Below are positions 57,174 through 64,000 of a stretch of DNA of 64,000 nt, piece after piece. The stretch lies in sequence record OV876907. One strand, given 5' to 3'. The notes beneath the pieces were generated by a model, which did not search any database, was not told where the DNA came from, and worked only from the letters and a program-made list of their open reading frames with translations. Numbering within the stretch: position 1 is the stretch's first letter; every line of letters begins with the position of its first letter. A program made the position numbers and the translations under genes. The stretch comes from Escherichia phage UGJNEcP3.

Positions 57174-57767
57174 TTACTTAAGTGAATTAATGTAGTCTTC
57201 GATATCAGCAGAAGTCGTATCCATTCCAACTTGCGGGCCTTTAAACGTTTCTACGCGCATCAGGGTGTCTTCGATATCAATCTTGGTCAGTGCAGCAATT
57301 TCAACAACATCGTCGGCAGTAGCAATACCAAGGGCAGCCATATTACGAGTTTCACGAATGTACTCAAGCTTAACCGCTAGTTCCTGGCGAGAGTCATCAA
57401 GTTCCTTGACCTTAAGCTTAATTTCATTACGCATTTCAACATAATCATCGGCTTTCTTACGAAGTTGAGTAGCCGTACGACGATAAAGGAGGCCGAGTTT
57501 AGCATGTACCTGGACATCGGCACCTTCTTTAATCAGTTTACGAATTTCGCGTTCTTTGGAACTAGCCAGTTGGTCCTTTTCGTTAGCGAGTTCACGAATA
57601 CGTTTTTCTTCATTCACAGACTTAACATGGGCAGTCTGGAGCTCAGTGATTTTATCAATCAAGGTAGAAGCAGCTTTAGTATACTGGTCTTCAATTGACA
57701 GGTTCTGAGCCATTGCGGTACCCAGTTTAGAACGAATGAATTCAACGAGTTTCTTTAAAGTGTTCAT
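57174..57767 (-). CDS. coiled-coil protein (197 aa), possibly PspA/IM30-like
   Basis: heptad-rich, charge-alternating sequence; family assignment speculative. Confidence 0.4.
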   Translation of the reverse strand: MNTLKKLVEFIRSKLGTAMAQNLSIEDQYTKAASTLIDKITELQTAHVKSVNEEKRIRELANEKDQLASSKEREIRKLIKEGADVQVHAKLGLLYRRTATQLRKKADDYVEMRNEIKLKVKELDDSRQELAVKLEYIRETRNMAALGIATADDVVEIAALTKIDIEDTLMRVETFKGPQVGMDTTSADIEDYINSLK

Positions 57768-57845
57768 AGTATTTCCTTCAGTTGGTTAACGTTTTGTAAT
57801 CCATGAGGACATTATACCCTGTCCTCTGAGGGTTGTAAACATTTT

Positions 57846-58244
57846 TTATTTCATTTTTGCGAGGCAAATTTCATTGGCTTCCCATTGAGCTTGCTTAATA
57901 ATAGCTTTGGATACAGGAGCCCTTTGGCCATAAGTTTTTGACGTTGAGAGAACAATACATTTGTTTGCTTCATTATGCCAGCCCCATGATTTTTCGCCAT
58001 GGGTGCCTTTAACTACAGCTGACACCTCAACAGAGCAACCACCATCAGAAATCTTGGTTTCGACAATCCATTCATTTCTCTCAACAGCTTCAATTTCTAA
58101 TCTAGTTTTTTCTTCATACATCGCGGCCCAATCAGTTTTTGCCAAGTTGAAAGTAAGAGCTTTCTCTAATTCTTTGGCATATTTTTGTTGTTCAGGTGTT
58201 AATGAATTATACAACTCTTGCATTTCTTTATCTTCGATATTCAT
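57846..58244 (-). CDS. hypothetical protein (132 aa)
   Basis: ORF. Confidence 0.45.
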   Translation of the reverse strand: MNIEDKEMQELYNSLTPEQQKYAKELEKALTFNLAKTDWAAMYEEKTRLEIEAVERNEWIVETKISDGGCSVEVSAVVKGTHGEKSWGWHNEANKCIVLSTSKTYGQRAPVSKAIIKQAQWEANEICLAKMK

Positions 58245-58302
58245 TATGTTCTCCTCAAATTATGGGCTCATAATATCTTAATCATGAGCCCATGTAAACG
58301 TT

Positions 58303-58581
58303 TTATTTCATATTATTGAAATAATTTTCTGCATCAAAATCATTACCATGGTAAACTTTGGTAGACGATTTGGCGTAACCTTCAGCTGAGAACATATTAA
58401 TCACAACTTTAATTGTATACCACTGTCCATCTTCATTACCCATTACTGCATAGGTTTCATACACCGGGTGTTCAGGACCGATAACTTTAATATCGTTAAC
58501 TGTAGCACCAAATTCTTCCGGAACACATTTCATAAAGAAATTAAACACTTCACCATAATTATCCATTTTACTCTCCTTCAC
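58303..58581 (-). CDS. hypothetical protein (92 aa)
   Basis: ORF; promoter module 58602-58630 upstream. Confidence 0.45.
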   Translation of the reverse strand: MKESKMDNYGEVFNFFMKCVPEEFGATVNDIKVIGPEHPVYETYAVMGNEDGQWYTIKVVINMFSAEGYAKSSTKVYHGNDFDAENYFNNMK

Positions 58582-58653
58582 ACTGTTGTTTTGATAGGTC
58601 TATAGTATCATGTTCTACGAAAGAGTAAACATCTTTTTTAAACTTTTTAGAAA

Positions 58654-58682
58654 CAAAAAAGGCCCAACCTTTCGGAAGGGCC
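58654..58682 (-). terminator. intrinsic terminator
   Basis: GGCCC...GGGCC hairpin followed by U7 on minus strand. Confidence 0.6.
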
Positions 58683-58687
58683 TAGAA

Positions 58688-59242
58688 TCAGTTCTTGTAG
58701 AACCGGAACGGGTTTACATGGAAGGCTAACATGGCCTTAGGGATTTTACGAGACAAAAGGCTCTTAAGCTTCCAACCACAGTACACGCGAAGGTAAAAGG
58801 TAATCCCACCAACCTTAAGATATGGAACTGAAGCAAATACACCCCAGGCGTCGTCATTCCACATCCATAACCACCCGTGATGAGCTTTATCAGGAGAACC
58901 GGATTCAACGTCGGGATTACCACGATAATGGAATTCTGAGCTACAATCACGACCGAGTTTATGGTAAGCAAAGTTATAAGCTTTATTTCGCCATAGCCAA
59001 GCTACTCTCTGGAGATAAACACCACCTGGCATTTTCCTGATTTTAGCCCAACGTTTAATGTGACCTTTGTCACCGTCAATTGGATTATCGTATGTCATCA
59101 TCCAATCAAAGCCATAAGGCAATTTACCGGTCTTTTTATTGTGGAAAGGAACTACAAAAGGCGCAAGGATAACAGCCAGAACCATAGAGATAAAATCCAG
59201 TGGAACCAACAGAACCCAACTCAAATATTTTAAAAGTTTCAT
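58688..59242 (-). CDS. membrane-anchored protein (184 aa)
   Basis: N-terminal TM segment; ATG 59242 preferred over TTG at 59263. Confidence 0.45.
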   Translation of the reverse strand: MKLLKYLSWVLLVPLDFISMVLAVILAPFVVPFHNKKTGKLPYGFDWMMTYDNPIDGDKGHIKRWAKIRKMPGGVYLQRVAWLWRNKAYNFAYHKLGRDCSSEFHYRGNPDVESGSPDKAHHGWLWMWNDDAWGVFASVPYLKVGGITFYLRVYCGWKLKSLLSRKIPKAMLAFHVNPFRFYKN

Positions 59243-59286
59243 ATATTTCTCTAATTTAACCAAAAAAGCACCAGATGGGGCTTTCG

Positions 59287-59751
59287 TTATTTGATTTGTT
59301 TAGCGGACCAGATACGGTCTTTGATGATTTTCTGAATATCTTCAACATACTCTAAGTCGTGAGCATGCGGATTATCTTTGAAGCTATGTGCTCGTGCCAG
59401 TTTCTGGCCTTCTGTTTTGATTACTAAAAGCTCTTTAAGAATTGCTTCATACTTAGAAATAATTCCTTTGGCGATATTTTTTTCTTGAGCGGCTTTAGGG
59501 TCCGCTTTTGTAGCAGGTGCTTTACCTGTAGCTTTCTGGAACAATTCACCTGATGCAGCTAGGCTTTTAAAAACTCGGCTAACAGTATTAGCATTAGTAA
59601 AACCTTCGGCTTTAAAATCTCTAATAAAACGGAAACGTTCTTCATCAGAGGCGTCTTTGTAAGAATATTTACCTGCTTGAATTGCTGCAATCGCAGCGGC
59701 TTTTACATCTGAACTAGATTGTTCAGTCAAAAATTCATTGTAAGTTTTCAT
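59287..59751 (-). CDS. internal-protein-like cargo, CTS MKTYNEFLTE
   Basis: CTS; 154 aa. Confidence 0.55.
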   Translation of the reverse strand: MKTYNEFLTEQSSSDVKAAAIAAIQAGKYSYKDASDEERFRFIRDFKAEGFTNANTVSRVFKSLAASGELFQKATGKAPATKADPKAAQEKNIAKGIISKYEAILKELLVIKTEGQKLARAHSFKDNPHAHDLEYVEDIQKIIKDRIWSAKQIK

Positions 59752-59791
59752 TATTATTTCCTAAGTTAATTAACTTATCTATTTATTATGC

Positions 59792-59820
59792 CAAAAAGCC
59801 CCAACCTTTCGGAAGGGGCT
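59792..59820 (-). terminator. intrinsic terminator downstream of tRNA/small-RNA cluster
   Basis: AGCCCC...GGGGCU hairpin followed by U-run on minus strand. Confidence 0.6.
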
Positions 59821-59861
59821 ATGCCTTGCGGCAACCTTGTCGGGGTTCCACCTGCTAGGCA

Positions 59862-60201
59862 AGTGTTTGTACGAAACGCCGGGATTCGAACCCGGTTATT
59901 AAGTAGTTGACGCTACTCAATATTTTTAAAAGGCCATATCTCGACCATATCCGAACGTTCCGTCAAAAACGCTACTCGGCTTACGGCAAAGATATTTCCT
60001 CGAATCGATAATTCGGTGCGCCGTTTCTGCTGTGATGTAAGGGGGCGTTAACAGATCGTAAAGATTTGTTAATGCCAGTCCTTACTCAGGGAACATCAGT
60101 CCGACGACTTACCGGTAGCGACCCGGTTTCTTGTTTGTTGCGCCGGTGAATGCTGGTAATCAGTCTTCATACGACGGCTTGACTATATAATAGTCTTCAT
60201 T
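59862..60201 (-). ncRNA. candidate stable small RNA(s) with tRNA-like 3' T-arm
   Basis: 340 nt with no ORF between tRNA-Arg and terminator; CCGGGTTCGAATCCCGG T-arm at 59880-59896 but no acceptor/anticodon fold; local hairpins; T4 has stable RNAs next to tRNA-Arg. Confidence 0.35.
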
Positions 60202-60276
60202 TGGTATCCCGCCCTGGGATCGAACCAGGACCGCAAACTTAGAAGGATCGTATGCTATCCATTACACCAGCGGGAC
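60202..60276 (-). tRNA. tRNA-Arg (anticodon TCT)
   Basis: 75 nt incl. encoded CCA; acceptor GTCCCGC/GCGGGAT, T-arm CCTGG-TTCGATC-CCAGG, anticodon loop CTTCTAA; folded by hand. Confidence 0.75.
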
Positions 60277-60281
60277 ATAGT

Positions 60282-60359
60282 TGGTGACCCGGACCAGATT
60301 TGAACTGGTAACCTTTCCCTTATGAGGGGACTGCTGCTAACCAATTGAGCTACAGGGCC
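60282..60359 (-). tRNA. tRNA with anticodon CAT (Met, or Ile if C34 is modified)
   Basis: 78 nt incl. encoded CCA; T-arm ACCAG-TTCAAAT-CTGGT; anticodon loop CTCATAA; acceptor stem with one mismatch; folded by hand. Confidence 0.65.
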
Positions 60360-60364
60360 TTAAT

Positions 60365-60631
60365 TTAAATTACAAATCCAGCAGGAGCATTATCATCTTT
60401 AGCCATGTGCTGAATTGTATGATAAGTCATTTCTTCAGGAGCAACCAGATAAGCCGCAACGTTAACTAGTGGAATTATTTTTGGTTTAGCGAACGTGCTA
60501 TCAGAAATTGCCATAAAGGGCTCGCCATCGGTCTCAACTTCACCAAATTGGCATTCATATGAAATAGAACAACGTTTGGTAGTTGTTGTCTTGGTTTTAG
60601 GGTCATAAAAAGCTAATTTCAATACTAACAT
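60365..60631 (-). CDS. hypothetical protein (88 aa)
   Basis: ATG 60631 with SD GAGGTG. Confidence 0.4.
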   Translation of the reverse strand: MLVLKLAFYDPKTKTTTTKRCSISYECQFGEVETDGEPFMAISDSTFAKPKIIPLVNVAAYLVAPEEMTYHTIQHMAKDDNAPAGFVI

Positions 60632-60760
60632 AAACACCTCAAATAAAATTAAGTAAAGTAAGTTTTATTAATAGACCTTGTCTATTATGAAAGGTTCTTT
60701 GAGGGAAGAACCTTTGGTAATAGAGGGTATTAATGATAGAGTAATAATATCACATAATTC

Positions 60761-61246
60761 TTAAAGCATATTAAGTGCTTTAACACTAGGTATTTGGATT
60801 TCTTCTTCAACGATGTACAGCTTAACATAAGAAATTACACGGATGAAATCGCCATCATATTCACAAGCCATACCAAGGAGCTCAGTAAGAGCTTCATTCA
60901 AGTAGTATGCTTCTTCATCGTCATTCAACAAGGCTTCTAAGTCTTGAATACCTAGGACCTTATCTAAAAATTCCGGAGTCAACTGGCCCGATTTTACACC
61001 AGATTCAATGTGAGCAATAACCAAATGCTTAACTACGCCCCAGTCTTCGTTACCACATTTATCCGGGCTGTTACAATGCGAACCATGGAAAAGTTCTAAG
61101 ATATATTTGTACTGTTGGATTTCCTGTTCTTCTACACCAAATACAGTCTGGGTTTTATAGTTATCACCATCATTTTCCCAGGTTTCGATTTCAAGAACAT
61201 AACCTTTAGGAATAACTTGTCCAAATTTAATATTCATTGCGGCCAC
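60761..61246 (-). CDS. hypothetical acidic protein (161 aa)
   Basis: ORF. Confidence 0.45.
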   Translation of the reverse strand: MAAMNIKFGQVIPKGYVLEIETWENDGDNYKTQTVFGVEEQEIQQYKYILELFHGSHCNSPDKCGNEDWGVVKHLVIAHIESGVKSGQLTPEFLDKVLGIQDLEALLNDDEEAYYLNEALTELLGMACEYDGDFIRVISYVKLYIVEEEIQIPSVKALNML

Positions 61247-61524
61247 ATATTAATGTAATCAAGTTTAATAGAAGCAATCTTCAAAGGATTTTTAAAGATG
61301 TCGTATTCGATCAATCCATTTTCAGTTGCGGTATAAAAAGTAAAGTTAACAGAATTATAACGATGGCTGTTAACTTTGAGTTTAACATCGCTTGAACTAC
61401 GGCCAATATTAACCTGTTGAACATCAAGCACAGCATCTTTGCCGTAATTTCGAATCAACAACTCGGCTGCAACCTGGTCTGAATTATAGCCGTTCTCCGG
61501 ATTAGTAACCTTAACGTATAGCAT
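61234..61524 (-). CDS. hypothetical protein (96 aa)
   Basis: ORF. Confidence 0.4.
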   Translation of the reverse strand: MLYVKVTNPENGYNSDQVAAELLIRNYGKDAVLDVQQVNIGRSSSDVKLKVNSHRYNSVNFTFYTATENGLIEYDIFKNPLKIASIKLDYINMWPQ

Positions 61525-61905
61525 TTAACCCTCGTCTACAATAGTGTGGGTATTGGCATTAACAATTTGCCACCAGTCAAAACGATTGGACCCATATTGA
61601 GGTGTATTCTCGTTTTCTTTAATGATATCACGTAGTTCATCTTCAGTAGCAGCTTTTGCGATTAAGTCGGCATAGCCGCCGCGAGGATAATAGTTATCAC
61701 CTGCGAAAAGTAAAAAGTTTGGTTTGATATTATTGAACTCTTCAAGAGTAATAACCGTTCCGTTTGGTTGAACAATATCTACATAACTATATCCTAATTT
61801 CTGAGCTTCGGAAACCGCTTCAAGCAGGGTATCATGGGCCCATCCAATTTGACAATCGGGTTTTTCGGATGGATTAGCTTGGTAGTCCGCATACACTTTA
61901 TACAT
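61525..61905 (-). CDS. hypothetical protein (126 aa from internal ATG)
   Basis: ATG 61905 with SD AAGGTGA. Confidence 0.4.
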   Translation of the reverse strand: MYKVYADYQANPSEKPDCQIGWAHDTLLEAVSEAQKLGYSYVDIVQPNGTVITLEEFNNIKPNFLLFAGDNYYPRGGYADLIAKAATEDELRDIIKENENTPQYGSNRFDWWQIVNANTHTIVDEG

Positions 61906-61906
61906 T

Positions 61907-62092
61907 TTACTCACCTTTAGAGATTTTATCCATAACAAAAGAGATTGAACCAATTAAAAATGCCACTACTAAAGAGATTATATTCTCGGAAGTTGAAAGC
62001 ATATCGAGCATGAATCCTGCAAACATACTAAAGCCAAAAGCAGTAACGGCGGCCAGTGCAGTAACATTTCTAATTAATTCACAACGTTTCAT
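61907..62092 (-). CDS. small membrane protein (61 aa)
   Basis: second ATG of conserved leader; hydrophobic. Confidence 0.4.
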   Translation of the reverse strand: MKRCELIRNVTALAAVTAFGFSMFAGFMLDMLSTSENIISLVVAFLIGSISFVMDKISKGE

Positions 62093-62160
62093 TTTATTCT
62101 CCAATCACTCATTTGTTTTGATAGGGCTATAGTATCATCACTAGAGCCCGTTGTAAACAA

Positions 62161-62433
62161 TTATTTTAGATAAATTGCATACTTTTTATAACCAGCCGTT
62201 TCGTGACGCAGTCCTTTTTCATTAGCAAAACGTTCAATATTGTTAATTTGATTCTGGTCGAGTTCTGAAGTATCAAAAACAAAAAAGTTTCGCTTATTGC
62301 CTAAAGTTACGTGATTAGTCAAATCAATGTTATAGAGATGATTTATATTATCAATCATAGTCTTAACAGATTTGTTAATTTTTACTTCTTCATTAAGAAT
62401 AGATTCAGCGATAAATTCTTGGTATGATTTCAT
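62161..62433 (-). CDS. internal-protein-like cargo, CTS MKSYQEFIAE
   Basis: CTS; in the ipI position. Confidence 0.55.
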   Translation of the reverse strand: MKSYQEFIAESILNEEVKINKSVKTMIDNINHLYNIDLTNHVTLGNKRNFFVFDTSELDQNQINNIERFANEKGLRHETAGYKKYAIYLK

Positions 62434-62434
62434 T

Positions 62435-62656
62435 TTATTCTACGCCCGCGGCTTTCAAAAGTTTTTTAAGATTGGCAGTGCCTTGAGCAGAAAATGTGAC
62501 CTTGCCGCCTTTTTCGCTGATGCTCCCAGTCAATTTAGCAAGTTTATCACTAGAGACTTTTTTAAAATCAGCCAATGTACCGTCAAAGGTTTTTGTAACA
62601 ACCGGCAGTTGGTCATGTTTTTTAGCTTCTGTAATAAATTCTTGATAAGCTTTCAT
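62435..62656 (-). CDS. internal-protein-like cargo, CTS MKAYQEFITEA
   Basis: CTS; 73 aa. Confidence 0.55.
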   Translation of the reverse strand: MKAYQEFITEAKKHDQLPVVTKTFDGTLADFKKVSSDKLAKLTGSISEKGGKVTFSAQGTANLKKLLKAAGVE

Positions 62657-62693
62657 TTTGATTTCCGTTTGGTTAGTTTGTTTTGATAGGTCT

Positions 62694-62722
62694 ATAGTAT
62701 CACGCCTATAGACCTTGTAAAC
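62694..62722 (-). promoter_or_regulatory. promoter-like element GTTTAC-N17-TACTAT with perfect 9-bp inverted repeat
   Basis: ggtctatag (62689-62697) / ctatagacc (62706-62714). Confidence 0.5.
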
Positions 62723-62734
62723 ACCTTTTTTAAA

Positions 62735-63427
<693 letters not shown>

Positions 63428-63435
<8 letters not shown>

Positions 63436-64000
63436 TTTTATTTCCTAATAATTTATCAATAGTAGTGTATAGTTCAGAAAGAGTGCCGTTATTTTCAACA
63501 ACAACGTCACCAGGTAAAATTGGTAGACCCGCTTCAGTGATGTGCGAGTCTTGTACTTGACCGGTTTCAGCGCGAACTACATGAATAATCGTAGCACCCA
63601 TCGCTCTGAGTGAATCAATTTCGTGTGTTTGACGAACATCAGGTACGACATAGTATTTCGCATCAGAGTATATTTTATCAAAATAGTCTAAAGCGAACAA
63701 CTTAACCCAATACATCTTATCAAATTGGTTAACAATAATATCAGTCCCAAGGGTCTGCATGAGACGACGTACTGACCAATTGTTATTTTTATTTATTACT
63801 TCAAATAGCTGGTCTTTTGTTTCTTCAGACAGATATTGGACCGGGGTAAGACCGTAATGATATGCGGTAAGAACATCAATTCCTGGAATAGGAAGGATAT
63901 TATTCAGTTTAACAATAGCATGTTCAAAAATATCAACCACATCATACGGTTTTAAAGGAAGGGTTTCTTCACGGTCGTAACCGATACCTTCAAAACAATT
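63428..64000 (-). CDS. 1: dNMP kinase (gene 1), 5'-truncated by window edge
   Basis: ...NWSVRRLMQTLGTDIIVNQFDKMYWVKLFALDYFDK...VPDVRQTHEIDSLRAMGATIIHVVR...HITEAGLP... matches C-terminal two-thirds of T4 gp1; frame stays open to position 64000. Confidence 0.8.

Noticed and set aside
59875-59900. Third tRNA at the CCGGG-TTCGAAT-CCCGG T-arm
   Set aside because: No acceptor-stem partner, 6-nt anticodon-like loop and no CCA; does not fold as a tRNA by hand, so it is reported only as part of a candidate small RNA.

Overview
This window reads as a T4-like (T-even, Straboviridae-type) phage genome segment covering the early/middle region, in the T4 gene order from the modA/modB-like ADP-ribosyltransferases to gene 1. 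Almost every gene is on the minus strand and tightly packed, often with overlapping stop/start codons. Recognisable genes, in order: soc, 56, 61, dmd, 41, 40, uvsX, 42, imm, 43, regA, 62, 44, 45, 46, 47, 55, 49, nrdC, tk, regB, denV, internal proteins, lysozyme e, nudE, two tRNAs, 57A and the 3' part of gene 1. All homology calls rest on motifs read by eye and on recalled T4 sequences and gene order; no search was run. The most interesting feature is at 12405-16555: the slot T4 uses for beta-glucosyltransferase holds a different module, made of an unknown 297-aa protein, a divergent gene-42-like dCMP hydroxymethylase, a P-loop kinase, a HAD-type phosphatase and a fused nucleotidyltransferase/APH-like kinase. 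There is no ORF large enough to be alpha-glucosyltransferase between genes 47 and 55. I infer a non-glucose hydroxymethyl-pyrimidine DNA modification pathway with phage-encoded donor synthesis; this is not proven. Other notable items: seven proteins with the MKTYQEFI(A/T)E capsid-targeting N-terminus, five tandem small paralogs sharing a C-terminal W-x-S-S-x-x-C tail, a recurring promoter module with co-varying inverted repeats, a macro-domain protein, an Acb1-like 2H phosphoesterase, and three free-standing homing-endonuclease-like genes. Many ORF-track starts are non-ATG N-terminal extensions, and I have moved starts where an internal ATG with a Shine-Dalgarno sequence fits better.
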